A DNA stretch of 64,000 nt from Anaerolineales bacterium (GCA_034004515.1 JAVEWN010000006.1:6615-70614); one strand, 5' to 3'; shown: positions 51,745 to 61,592, counted from the stretch's first letter. The notes: a model not told the origin generated them from the sequence alone. Translations and numbers: made by a program.

Positions 51745-54153
51745 TTAAGCCTTCTCAACCTGCACCAGGTTGGTGTGTTGCGGGTTGCCCTTGGCAAAAG
51801 GTGTCGGGTGATACTTGGTTAACGTGTTCGTACAACCACGAATATCCACACCATTTTCGTCCGGGGTAAACCAGGCCCCTTGCGGCAGGCTGGTGACGCC
51901 TGGGCGCAGGCGGTTTGTAACATACGCCGGAACCCGAACCACGCCGCGATCATTGAATATTTTGACCATATCGCCGTTCTTGATATTGCGCAGATCGGCA
52001 TCGAGCGTGTTCATCCATAAGGACTGAACATGCGCTTCCTGCAAAGCAGCCACATTATCAAAGGTGGAATGGGAACGTTGAACCGCGTGGTGACCAACCA
52101 TCAAAAGCGGGTACTTCTCGCGCAGCGGATCGCTGACCCCTTCCCACTCAGGGATGTATTGCGGAATGGCAGGAATCTCTTGCGGGCTATTCAGCGCGGC
52201 CAGGGTCGGCGAGTAGACCTCGATTTTACCGGTCGGGGTTCTGAGCGGATTGGCAACCGGGTCTGCGCGGAAGTCTTTGCCCGCAATGATCCCGCCGCCG
52301 CCAGTTTTTTTGTAATAGCCGATCTCTTTGAACTCTTCGTAGGTTGGGAAGTCTTCGTTCTTTTCCCGGGCAACCGCTACCATATCGCGCAGCCACTCTT
52401 CACGGGTGGTGTGCCCGTCGCGGAATTCTTCGCCCAGGCCGAGACGGTCTGCCAGCTGTTCGGCCACCCAAAGCACATCTCTGGTTTCGTAGAGCGGCTC
52501 GATTAGCTGATGGTTGAAGAGCACAAAGTTCGATTTGCCTTCGCCGTTTCCACCGGTGATGTTTTCGGCTTCGAAGTGGGTGGTATCAGGCAAGAGGATA
52601 TCTGCCATCTTGGCGCTGTGGGTCATGACGACATCTGCGACGACGATAAATTCCAACTTGGTGTCGTCTTGCAGCATTTTGGTGGTGGCGTTGACGTCCG
52701 AGTGCTGATTGGTGATGCAGTTGCCAGCCCAGTTCCACATGAATTTCATGTCTGAGCTCATTTTGTCCGCGCCCTTAATCAGGTCACGCAGCCCGGAGGT
52801 CATCTCGTGGCCGCGCTCGATGAAATCGGGCCACATATAAACAGAGATGGTGGTTTTTACGGGATTTTCGCCAGCCGGGAAACTGCCGATGCTGATGTTT
52901 GTGCCGCCGCTTGGGCGAGTGCCCGTGCCGCCGCCAGGGATACCGAAATTGCCGGTCATCGCGGCCAGGATGGGCAGGGCCCGGACTGGCTGTTCGCCAT
53001 AGGCCCGGCGCTGCATTCCCCAGCCCTGAATCATGGCACAGGGTTTGGTGCTGGCAATCTCATGCGCCAGTTTAATGATGCGTTCGGCAGGAATGCCGGT
53101 GATGGGGGCAGCCCAGGCGGGCGTTTTCGCGGTTTTATCCGCGCCGCGCCCCATGATATAAGCCATGTATGAGGAATTAGGCGGAGCGCCTTCGGGCAGC
53201 GTATCTTCGTCAAAGCCGACCGCGTGGGTTGCCATGAACTCCTTATCGTACATCTCATCCTTGACCATGACATACGCCATGGCGTCCATCAAGGCGTTGT
53301 CGGTTCCAGGGTAGATCGGAATCCAGTCTGCTTCCAAGGCAATCGCTGTGTCATTGTAGACCGGGTCCACGACAATGAACTTGGCCCCGGCTTCTTTTGC
53401 CATCAAGTAATGGTAGCCCATGCCTTTGCCGCCGGCTCGGGTAACCATGCCGTTGTCAGAGACGAGCAGCACCAATTTGGAATTGACGAGGTCATCGGCG
53501 GAATTGCTGCCCATGTTGGTAATCAGAGGCATGGCAGCAGAATAGCAAGCCGTGCTGTAAGTTCCATAGAAATTGACGTAGCCGCCGAACAAGTGCATCA
53601 TCCGCGCAATCGGGCCAACGCCCTTATAGGTGTTGTCGATCCCGCCCGCAATCTGACCGGTAGCGTAGTTGTAGTAAATTGATTCGTTGCCGTATTTTTC
53701 TTTAACTTCCTTCAACTTATTCGCAATCGTATCCAGGGCTTCTTCCCAGGAAATGCGCTCAAATTTTCCTTCGCCGCGTTTGCCAACCCGTTTCATGGGG
53801 TATTTCAAGCGTTCTGGCGAATAAACGCGCCATCGTTGAGAGCGGCCGCGCAAACACGGGATCGCCTTGGGTTGTTCAAAGGTGTCGACCGGGTCCTGGT
53901 CCGGCAACATGCGTACAACCGTGCCATCTTTGACTTCGGCCCAAAGAATACAGCGGCTGCCGCAGTTATGATAGCAGCTGGTGGTCATAATCTCGCTGCT
54001 CTCGGCAGCAGCAGCCTGAGCGGCTTTCAAGCCATAACTTACGCCTCCGGCCAATGCAGCGGTGCCGCCCAATGCCGCGCTCCACTTCAAGAAGCTGCGC
54101 CGGGAGAGAACCGTATCGGTCAGGGTTTTTGTTAGGAAATCCTTTTCAGTCAT
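51745..54153 (-). CDS. Molybdopterin oxidoreductase catalytic subunit (DmsA/YnfE-like), Tat-exported
   Basis: Twin-arginine signal SRRSFLKWSAALGGTAALAGG. N-terminal FS0 cluster motif CYHNCGSRC. 802 aa with DMSO reductase family layout. Substrate not assignable. Confidence 0.9.
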   Translation of the reverse strand: MTEKDFLTKTLTDTVLSRRSFLKWSAALGGTAALAGGVSYGLKAAQAAAAESSEIMTTSCYHNCGSRCILWAEVKDGTVVRMLPDQDPVDTFEQPKAIPCLRGRSQRWRVYSPERLKYPMKRVGKRGEGKFERISWEEALDTIANKLKEVKEKYGNESIYYNYATGQIAGGIDNTYKGVGPIARMMHLFGGYVNFYGTYSTACYSAAMPLITNMGSNSADDLVNSKLVLLVSDNGMVTRAGGKGMGYHYLMAKEAGAKFIVVDPVYNDTAIALEADWIPIYPGTDNALMDAMAYVMVKDEMYDKEFMATHAVGFDEDTLPEGAPPNSSYMAYIMGRGADKTAKTPAWAAPITGIPAERIIKLAHEIASTKPCAMIQGWGMQRRAYGEQPVRALPILAAMTGNFGIPGGGTGTRPSGGTNISIGSFPAGENPVKTTISVYMWPDFIERGHEMTSGLRDLIKGADKMSSDMKFMWNWAGNCITNQHSDVNATTKMLQDDTKLEFIVVADVVMTHSAKMADILLPDTTHFEAENITGGNGEGKSNFVLFNHQLIEPLYETRDVLWVAEQLADRLGLGEEFRDGHTTREEWLRDMVAVAREKNEDFPTYEEFKEIGYYKKTGGGGIIAGKDFRADPVANPLRTPTGKIEVYSPTLAALNSPQEIPAIPQYIPEWEGVSDPLREKYPLLMVGHHAVQRSHSTFDNVAALQEAHVQSLWMNTLDADLRNIKNGDMVKIFNDRGVVRVPAYVTNRLRPGVTSLPQGAWFTPDENGVDIRGCTNTLTKYHPTPFAKGNPQHTNLVQVEKA

Positions 54154-54256
54154 TCCTCGCCTCCATTGTATTGAGTAGATGTTTCCATTCGCTCACGAAG
54201 AGCTGCCCCTCTATCCGCAATGAAAATCTGTTTTTTATTATTTTCCATTTTCACTC

Positions 54257-54313
54257 TCCTGATAGTTTTAACGGCCAGACCAGCCATATTTGTGCTTTTA
54301 TACACTATCAGGA
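54257..54313 (-). promoter_or_regulatory. 10-bp inverted repeat pair in the dmsA-like promoter region
   Basis: TCCTGATAGT (54257-54266) and ACTATCAGGA (54304-54313) are exact reverse complements 37 nt apart. They bracket a TATAAA element on the minus strand, 105-160 nt upstream of the ATG at 54153. Confidence 0.3.
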
Positions 54314-54387
54314 TACCCCCAACCCCGCCCGCTCACATCCTTCTGTGGGACAATCCGGCCTCACCCGAAAGAGTGATCCCTGAAAAA

Positions 54388-55044
54388 CTATCCGTCGCGC
54401 GGCATCACCAAGCCGTGTTTCATGGCATACGTAGCTGCCTGAGTCCGATTCTCAAGCTGTAATTTTCCCAAAATACTTTTTAGATGGCTTTTAACCGTGT
54501 TAATCGAGATCGAAAGCTTCTCGGCAATGATCTGGTTCGTCGCGCCGCTTGCAACCAGTCGCAGCACAAATAGCTCTCTTTCGGTCAGGGCCTGTTCGCC
54601 CTTCTCGTCATCCACCATCCGGTTGGCAACCGCCTTCAAGAGTTTTCCGGCAATGGCGCGGGTCATAGCCGGCTCGCCGGAGATGACTCCCTTCAGGAGG
54701 TCGAACAATTCATCCGCGTCCAGGCTTTTCAGCAAATAACCTGCGGCTCCCACCTGAACCGCCTCGTATAGATGTCCATCTCTTTCGGAGGAGGTCAGCA
54801 TCACAATCGAGATTTCAGGAAAGCGGGCGTGGATCTTCTTGGCAGCCTGCAAACCATCCATCTCCGGCATATAAATATCCATCAGGATCACGTCCGGGTG
54901 CAGTTGCTCAGCCATCTGAACGGCTTCTTCGCCGGTTTCCGCCTCACCGATCACTTCGACCAGGTCCTGACGGGTTCGCATCAAGCTGATCATCCCCTGG
55001 CGGAACAGTTTATGGTCATCGGCAATCAATACTTTTATGGGCAT
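54388..55044 (-). CDS. NarL/FixJ-type response regulator (REC + LuxR HTH)
   Basis: KVLIADDHKLFRQG and DVILMDIYMPEMDG receiver motifs. C-terminal HTH LTERELFVLRLVASGATNQIIAEKLSISINTVKSHLKSILGKL. Confidence 0.92.
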   Translation of the reverse strand: MPIKVLIADDHKLFRQGMISLMRTRQDLVEVIGEAETGEEAVQMAEQLHPDVILMDIYMPEMDGLQAAKKIHARFPEISIVMLTSSERDGHLYEAVQVGAAGYLLKSLDADELFDLLKGVISGEPAMTRAIAGKLLKAVANRMVDDEKGEQALTERELFVLRLVASGATNQIIAEKLSISINTVKSHLKSILGKLQLENRTQAATYAMKHGLVMPRDG

Positions 55045-55068
55045 GGGTACTCACTTTCGCTATTGGGG

Positions 55069-55989
55069 TTAAACACCAATCCGAACATGGGTCGCATAAA
55101 AAAGGAAGCGGCCCAGAATCTCGCTGACCAATATAACAATACAGGCGCTGTAAACGGGCACCATTAACTCTTTCAGATCTTGATCGGACTGAATGGCCCG
55201 GAAAACCGAGCTTGCCAGCCAGATAATTCCAGCCAGCGGCAGCCCCAGTCGCAGCACCAGCAAGGGCAGATATAAACTTGTCAATAATTCAAAACTGGCT
55301 TGGGCCCAGGCGTCCCCGGCCCGCAAGAAAGAAATCTGATAAAAGTTGAGGGCCAGAATACCCAGCCAGGCCAAAATCGAAGCATAGGTGGCCCCAACCA
55401 AAATTTTACGAACCAGCAAGCTGCGCTGACCAAACTGCTGGCCTTCAAGCACCGTTGAAAAGGATAGATCCATCAGCAGGATGGTGGGTAAAGCAATAAA
55501 GCCGAGCGTGAACACGGAAGCATAAAAAGAAAAAACTGTGATCGGTGAATTCCAGGCTGTCTGGGTCGGCAGCAGATAAATCTGCGCCATGCAGAAGACC
55601 ATAATCAGCCCAAACCCAATCGCCAGCCAGCCCAGCCCGGAAATGAGTTTGTCGTGACCGGCTGTAAACCAATGCAGCCAGAGCAGCCAGGTAATTGTCA
55701 GCGAAAAGAGCAAGGTAAAAACGATCTCGCGGCTCAGCCAGGAGGAGCGGAAGTTTAACACGGCCAAAAATGACCGAAAAGGCTGACTCAAATGAAAATG
55801 CGACCCGACTATGGCCATGACAATCGTAATTGAGATGATTGCAAGCGGAATTTTGGCAATCTGCCTGAGGGCAGGGTAGCCGAGGCTGGCGAGGTGGCGG
55901 GCCCGGATAATCCAGAGCAGCATAAAAACGCCGACAGACAACTGCATCAAGATGGTATAGACCGGCAAAGCCCATTCACGCACGTTCAT
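55069..55989 (-). CDS. DmsC-family polytopic membrane protein (paralog of 50210-51106) located between kinase and regulator
   Basis: Start set to the ATG at 55989 (GAGGTG upstream; MNVREWALPVYTILMQL). Shares SSWLSREI, MAQIYLLPTQTAWN and GRFLFYATHVRIGV with the operon DmsC (SSWLSREV, MAQVYMIRTQPAWN, GRYIFYATKVGIGL). Confidence 0.75.
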   Translation of the reverse strand: MNVREWALPVYTILMQLSVGVFMLLWIIRARHLASLGYPALRQIAKIPLAIISITIVMAIVGSHFHLSQPFRSFLAVLNFRSSWLSREIVFTLLFSLTITWLLWLHWFTAGHDKLISGLGWLAIGFGLIMVFCMAQIYLLPTQTAWNSPITVFSFYASVFTLGFIALPTILLMDLSFSTVLEGQQFGQRSLLVRKILVGATYASILAWLGILALNFYQISFLRAGDAWAQASFELLTSLYLPLLVLRLGLPLAGIIWLASSVFRAIQSDQDLKELMVPVYSACIVILVSEILGRFLFYATHVRIGV

Positions 55990-56002
55990 AAAACCATTCA
56001 CC

Positions 56003-58084
56003 TCAATTTGTCGGGAAAGTATCTGGCTTGGCCGCAAGCCAGGAAGGGTTGTTTGGCAGCTTTTCTTGCGGCAAACACGGTAAAGCGCACTCAACCCGCG
56101 TGCCTGCCCCGGGGAAAGAGTGGACCGTTACACAGCCCTGGACACTGGAAGCGCGTTCCCGCATGGTCTCCAGGCCAAAACTGCGCTTTGAACCCTGGGC
56201 CGCAAAACCAATCCCATCGTCCAATACGGACATGTGAATGTAGTCCGTTTGCTGCTCGTTTTTATAATCGATCAGTACCTTCACGTGGGTCGCCTGGGCG
56301 TGCTTGCGGACATTAGCCAGCGCTTCCTGAAGGATGCAGACCAACTGCACCTCGGCCACAGAAGCAAGATTCAGGTTTCCCTCAATCTTGTTGATAAATT
56401 CAGTTTCAATGCCGGTCTGGATTCCAAATTCCTGCAAATATTCATCGATGGCAGAAGCCAATCCCTTTTCGCTGGCGAGCGTCGTCCGCAGGCTGAGGAT
56501 GTTCTCGCGCACATCGGCATTTGCGACCGAAATCGCCTGCCGCATTTGTCCAAGCTCTGTCTCCAGGTCTGCGCGGCGGTCTTGTTTGAGCAAAGCGCCC
56601 AAGGTCTGAACCTGCAAATTTAAATAACCCAGCACTTGGGCCAGGCCATCGTGCATTTCGCGCGCGATGCGGGAGCGCTCTTCAGTGATCGATAAAGACT
56701 GCAATTGTGAAGTCATCAGGCCATGCTGAAGCGCGATCACGACCTGATCGGCCATATACTCCAGCCAGATTAAATCTACATCCGAATAGGCCTTGGCCTC
56801 TTTCCGGGCAATCCAAATTCCCCCAATCGGTCTATGATCCAAGGCAAAAGAAACCACCGCAACCGCCTCCATTTTATCGTGCGAAAAAAGGCCGGCCTGG
56901 CTCAAATCTGCCAACACTTCCTCTCCGGCAGAGCGGAAGGAGCGGGTCGATTGCAAAGCATTCAGAATGAGCGCGCTCTGGATGGGAGTGGGCGCAGCCA
57001 GCAGTTCGGTTTGCTGGCCGTTTGAATAACATTTCAGTTCCAGGGAAGAATAATCGTCCTGGAGCAGCCCCAAGCCGGCAAAGTCCGAATTCAATAAGTT
57101 GCGCGCGTTCTCGATGATATAGAGCAGGATGCCGTCCACATCTTCGAGTTCGGTGATCTTGCGGTTGATGCTGACCAGGACCTCTGCCCAATTTTCAGCA
57201 ATCTGGCGGGCTGCGATCTGGCTCTCGATGGCCGCTTTTTGAGCGCGGTCGCGTTCCATCTCCAAAAATACGAGTTGGCGTTTGCGAAGCGCGTCGAACA
57301 CGCCCAGGCCTCTCACCATAAAAATGGTGAGCGTAAGCGTAGAGAGCAGCCGCCAAAATTGGATCGGCATGCCGGTTACCTCCAGCACTTTTTGATAATC
57401 GAGCCAGGGAGTCATCAGCCCATACGACGGCACCCCGCCGATATGTTCGCCGATAAAAGCGTTACTGATGACGCGGTCATAGTTGTAATACGAAGCCGGC
57501 CCATACGGCGCAGCCGGGACAATCAACCCCAAGACAAAGGCCTCGAACAAAAAAGCCAGGCCGGTTGCCAGCATTAAGCCAGAAATATCGATCAGGCCCT
57601 GTTTTCTTTGGGCGTGCGCCTGGCGCAGAAAACCAATCCCTGCCATGATACTGCCTGGCAGATAAAGCAGATATCTCGACCAGATATCGATTGGAATTTC
57701 AATCGGTGAAGGGGTGATAAACGTGGTGGCCGCATAGGCGAAGACGTACGAAATCGGGACGATCAAAATACCGAGGATAAATATCGCCCAGGTTGGGAGC
57801 GGCGTCAGGTCTTTTAAGATGTGCCAGCCAAATATCAAAAGCAGCAAGCCGCTGAGTGGTTGGGCAACCACCCGCAAGACCTTTAAGACGATCAGGTACT
57901 CGTCGACACTGCCGCCCACCAGGAACATATCGACCCAGCTGGTAATCCCGCTTACAAATCCAAAGGCGGCCAGCCACGGCAGCTGCTTTTTAAGTGCGAA
58001 ATCCCCGCTTTGCCGAAATTGCAAATACGCAGCCAGCCCCAATCCCCCAAAACACAGCCCGTTAACAAAATAGATAATCATCAT
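56003..58084 (-). CDS. Membrane sensor histidine kinase (multi-TM sensor, GAF-like domain, HisKA_3, HATPase)
   Basis: About 7 N-terminal helices. NarX-type H-box ARELHD-like REMHDGLAQVL, N-box EALANVRKHA, G-box VLDDGIGF ... GAGTRVE. Confidence 0.9.
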   Translation of the reverse strand: MMIIYFVNGLCFGGLGLAAYLQFRQSGDFALKKQLPWLAAFGFVSGITSWVDMFLVGGSVDEYLIVLKVLRVVAQPLSGLLLLIFGWHILKDLTPLPTWAIFILGILIVPISYVFAYAATTFITPSPIEIPIDIWSRYLLYLPGSIMAGIGFLRQAHAQRKQGLIDISGLMLATGLAFLFEAFVLGLIVPAAPYGPASYYNYDRVISNAFIGEHIGGVPSYGLMTPWLDYQKVLEVTGMPIQFWRLLSTLTLTIFMVRGLGVFDALRKRQLVFLEMERDRAQKAAIESQIAARQIAENWAEVLVSINRKITELEDVDGILLYIIENARNLLNSDFAGLGLLQDDYSSLELKCYSNGQQTELLAAPTPIQSALILNALQSTRSFRSAGEEVLADLSQAGLFSHDKMEAVAVVSFALDHRPIGGIWIARKEAKAYSDVDLIWLEYMADQVVIALQHGLMTSQLQSLSITEERSRIAREMHDGLAQVLGYLNLQVQTLGALLKQDRRADLETELGQMRQAISVANADVRENILSLRTTLASEKGLASAIDEYLQEFGIQTGIETEFINKIEGNLNLASVAEVQLVCILQEALANVRKHAQATHVKVLIDYKNEQQTDYIHMSVLDDGIGFAAQGSKRSFGLETMRERASSVQGCVTVHSFPGAGTRVECALPCLPQEKLPNNPSWLAAKPDTFPTN

Positions 58085-58367
58085 GGGAGACTCAGCAGCT
58101 TATACCCGCTCCGGCCACAAATTGCTATTTCAAAACGCATGGACACGCAATTTTGGGCCGGGGCATTATATAATAGCCTTGAATACGCTCTTTATTCTAA
58201 CGCCTGACCTTGCTCCTGGCAGGTGATAATCGTCACCAAAAGTGAGTGCAAAGGTAAACTTTATCCGATCCACCAGGCTGCCGAAAAACCTGCGCAAATT
58301 AGGCCAGATGTTTATTAGCCGCCTTGCTCCCAAACCCAGCGCCGCAACCCTTAAAAGGAAATTTCCC

Positions 58368-60419
58368 ATGCCCAAACTCCGCTACCCCGCCACGCCCACC
58401 GTCAATCAAAGCGATGATTTTCACGGCACACTGGTCGGCGACCCGTATCGTTGGCTCGAAGAGGTCGATGCGCCTGAAACCCGGGCCTGGGTCCAGGCCC
58501 AGAACGAACTGACCTACCGCTATCTTGAAAAAATCCCGGCTCGTGAGCGGCTTACAAAACGGCTGACGGCCCTCTGGAATTACGCCAAAGCCGGCGCGCC
58601 CTTCCAGCGCGGCGGGTTGTACTTCCAATTCCGTAATACCGGCCTGCAAAATCAAGACATCCTCTACGTGGCAGACGCGCCCGCCGCCGCCGGGCGTAGC
58701 CTGCTTGACCCCAACCGCCTCAGCCCAGACGGGACAGCCGCCCTCAACGCCTATTCCGTCAGTGACGATGGCCGCTGGCTGGCCTACGCCATCAGCAGTT
58801 CCGGCTCTGACTGGCAGGAATGGCGCATCCGCGATGTCCAAAGCGGGCTCGACCTGCCCGAAACGCTGACCTGGAGCAAGTTTTCCGGCGCGGCCTGGGC
58901 CAAAGACAGTTCCGGCTTTTACTATGGGCGCTACCCCGCGCCCGCCGCCGGAGAAACCTATCAGCAGGCCAATTACAACCAGCAGCTCGTTTTCCACCGC
59001 CTCCAAACGCCCCAGAGCGAAGACAGCCTGGTCTACGCCCGCCCCGACCAGCCCGAATGGAGTTTTGGGGCCGAAATCAGCGACGATGGCCGCTACCTGC
59101 TGCTGACCGTCGGGCAGGGTACGGACAGCCGCAACCGCTTCTTCTACAAAGATTTGCAATTAAACGGAGAAATGCTGGAGTTGATTCCCAACCTCGAAGC
59201 GGCCTACAGCTTTGTCGGCAACGATGGCCCGCTCTTTTATTTCCAAACGGATCGCAACGCCCCGGGCGGCTGCCTGCTTTCGATTGACATCCGCCAACCC
59301 GATCCGGCCCACTGGCAGACCCTCATCGCGGAAAGCGAGGACGTGCTCGAAAGTGTCCATCTCTTCGGGGAGCAGTTTGTGGCGGTCTATTTGCACGACG
59401 CCCGCCACATCCTGCGCCGCTTTGGGCTGGATGGCGCGCCCCTCGCAGATATTCCCCTGCCCGGGCTGGGTTCGCTGCCGGCCCTGAGCGGAAAACGCGC
59501 CCAACAGGAGATGTTCTACACCTTTAGCGGCTACCTGGCCCCGGCCAGCGTTTATCGCTACGATTTTAAGAGCGGCCAGAGCGAGCTGATCTTTACCCCG
59601 CAGCTTGATTTCGATTTCTCGGCTTACGAAACCCGCCAGGTTTTCGTCCCATCCAAAGACGGCACAAAAATCCCGATGTTTCTGACCCACAAAAAGGGAC
59701 TGGTCTGCGACGGGCAAAACCCGACCCTGCTGTATGGCTATGGCGGGTTCAATATTTCCTATCTGCCGGCTTTCGCCGTCCAATACCTGGCCTGGCTCGA
59801 GCTGGGCGCGGTCTTTGCGGTCGCCAACCTGCGCGGCGGCAGTGAATACGGCGAAGAATGGCATCAGGCCGGGATGCTCCACAACAAACAAAACGTCTTT
59901 GACGATTTCATCGCCTGCGCCGAGTGGTTGATTGCCGAAAAAGTGACCTGTACGCCCAAACTGGCAATCGAAGGCCGCTCGAATGGCGGCTTGCTGGTCG
60001 GCGCGTGCATGACCCAACGGCCCGACCTGTACGGGGCCTGCCTGCCGATTGTCGGCGTGATGGACATGCTGCGCTTCCACAAATTCACCATCGGCTGGGC
60101 CTGGGTCAGCGATTACGGCTGTGCCGACGACCCGCAATTTTTCCCGACGCTGTATGCCTATTCCCCCTACCACAACCTCAGGCCGGGAACAGTCTACCCC
60201 GCGACGCTTGTCCTGACCGGGGATCACGACGACCGGGTCGTGCCGGGCCACTCGTTCAAGTTCGCCGCTGCGCTCCAGGCCGCCCAGGCCGGCGATGCTC
60301 CGGCCCTGATCCGCATCCAGACCAAAGCCGGGCATGGGATGGGCAAACCGACGGCCATCTTAATCCAGGAGTGGGCCGATATCTTCGCCTTCCTGGTGCA
60401 AGCCCTGGCGATGGAGTAA
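58368..60419 (+). CDS. Prolyl oligopeptidase (S9A family)
   Basis: Start moved to the ATG at 58368 (AAGGAA upstream; MPKLRYPATPTVNQSDDFHG..DPYRWLE). Catalytic Ser motif GRSNGGLL, then GDHDDRV and KAGHG. Confidence 0.9.
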   Translation: MPKLRYPATPTVNQSDDFHGTLVGDPYRWLEEVDAPETRAWVQAQNELTYRYLEKIPARERLTKRLTALWNYAKAGAPFQRGGLYFQFRNTGLQNQDILYVADAPAAAGRSLLDPNRLSPDGTAALNAYSVSDDGRWLAYAISSSGSDWQEWRIRDVQSGLDLPETLTWSKFSGAAWAKDSSGFYYGRYPAPAAGETYQQANYNQQLVFHRLQTPQSEDSLVYARPDQPEWSFGAEISDDGRYLLLTVGQGTDSRNRFFYKDLQLNGEMLELIPNLEAAYSFVGNDGPLFYFQTDRNAPGGCLLSIDIRQPDPAHWQTLIAESEDVLESVHLFGEQFVAVYLHDARHILRRFGLDGAPLADIPLPGLGSLPALSGKRAQQEMFYTFSGYLAPASVYRYDFKSGQSELIFTPQLDFDFSAYETRQVFVPSKDGTKIPMFLTHKKGLVCDGQNPTLLYGYGGFNISYLPAFAVQYLAWLELGAVFAVANLRGGSEYGEEWHQAGMLHNKQNVFDDFIACAEWLIAEKVTCTPKLAIEGRSNGGLLVGACMTQRPDLYGACLPIVGVMDMLRFHKFTIGWAWVSDYGCADDPQFFPTLYAYSPYHNLRPGTVYPATLVLTGDHDDRVVPGHSFKFAAALQAAQAGDAPALIRIQTKAGHGMGKPTAILIQEWADIFAFLVQALAME

Positions 60420-60611
60420 GGTTGGACGGAGCCAGGCGCGCCAACGTTCGGCCCGGCCTGTGGGTAGAGATTATTTTGAAACAAGCCCAATCGAGCGGTA
60501 AACTGACCGCGGGAATCGTCCAATACGGGCGGCGCAACCCTTCGATAAACTCAGGGCGATTCGCCCTCGGCTCAGGACTTGCCGTAGCACCGATGTAAGA
60601 GGGCTAATTTT

Positions 60612-61514
60612 CTACTGATAGTGCCGCTGCAATTCGGAGGCGTATTGCGCTCCCACCGTTTTGCGGTTCTCGGCCAGCCAATCGCCCAGGCGCGTTTTGC
60701 AGCGCGGCGGTTCAGAAGAGACCAGCAGCCCGGCCATCAGGCCATCCACTTCTTGGGGGGTCAGCAGCACGTCGCCCACGAACAGGCTCAGGAATTGAGC
60801 AGCCGTCAGCGCCAGGCGCGGCGGGAGATGCAGGATCGGCTTCGGATGTGCGATGCTTTTGCCGATTAGCGCAACCAACTCGTCAAAGCTGAAAATATCC
60901 GGGCCAACGGCGTCCCAGATGAAGGATTCGTCCATGCCCCCCGCCTGAACCGCCAGGCCGGCCAGGTCATCCACAAAAACAGGCTGAATGCCGTACTGCC
61001 CGTCGCCGATCTGCCCAAAGAACGGCAGCCGTCTCTGCAGCCAGGCGATGTTGTTGATCAGGATGTCTTCCGCGCCAAAAAGGACGGTCGGGCGCAGGAT
61101 GGCGTAACTCAGGCCGCTTTCCATGACGGTCTGCTCGTTGGCGGCCTTGCCCCAGTAATACGGCAGGTGCGACGTGGCGGACGGGTTGGCAATGCTAATG
61201 TGGACAATCCGCCGCAGGCCCGCCTGAACGGCCGCCTGGACGAGGGTGCGCGTGTTTTCGACAGCCCGCTGCTGGGTGTTTGGGCCGCGGTCGAAACGCA
61301 CCCAATAGGTGTTGTAGAGCGTCTCCACACCTTGCAGGCTGCGGGCCAGCTCGGCCTGGTCGAACACCAGCGGGTAGGCTGTGACTTTCCCGTCAAACGG
61401 ATCCGGGCGCTGCGGGTGGCCGGTCAGGGTGATAACTTCGTGTCCCTGGGCCAGCAAGCGGCGGGTAATGTATTTTCCAGAGTAGGAAAAAGCTCCAGTA
61501 ACGGCGATTTTCAT
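60612..61514 (-). CDS. NAD(P)-binding atypical SDR (NmrA/epimerase-like)
   Basis: N-terminal Rossmann motif MKIAVTGAFSYSGKYITRRLL. About 300 aa. Confidence 0.8.
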   Translation of the reverse strand: MKIAVTGAFSYSGKYITRRLLAQGHEVITLTGHPQRPDPFDGKVTAYPLVFDQAELARSLQGVETLYNTYWVRFDRGPNTQQRAVENTRTLVQAAVQAGLRRIVHISIANPSATSHLPYYWGKAANEQTVMESGLSYAILRPTVLFGAEDILINNIAWLQRRLPFFGQIGDGQYGIQPVFVDDLAGLAVQAGGMDESFIWDAVGPDIFSFDELVALIGKSIAHPKPILHLPPRLALTAAQFLSLFVGDVLLTPQEVDGLMAGLLVSSEPPRCKTRLGDWLAENRKTVGAQYASELQRHYQ

Positions 61515-61592
61515 TTTGTCTCCTCATTGATAAATGGCAACACGAAACAGACCGATGGCGCAGGCCTCGGTAATAAGCGGATTTCTGCCGCG

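Noticed and set aside
54361-54387. Small hairpin TCACTC-TTTC-GGGTGA after the regulator gene, as a terminator
   Set aside because: It has only 6 bp including a G-U pair and no U-tract, which is insufficient to call a terminator.
38425-58084. The island as a recognisable mobile genetic element
   Set aside because: No integrase, transposase, flanking direct repeats or adjacent tRNA were found. Any horizontal origin remains speculation that needs compositional and comparative analysis.
59160-60335. 391-aa minus-strand ORF
   Set aside because: Antisense to the prolyl oligopeptidase gene, which carries the catalytic GRSNGG motif. Shadow ORF.
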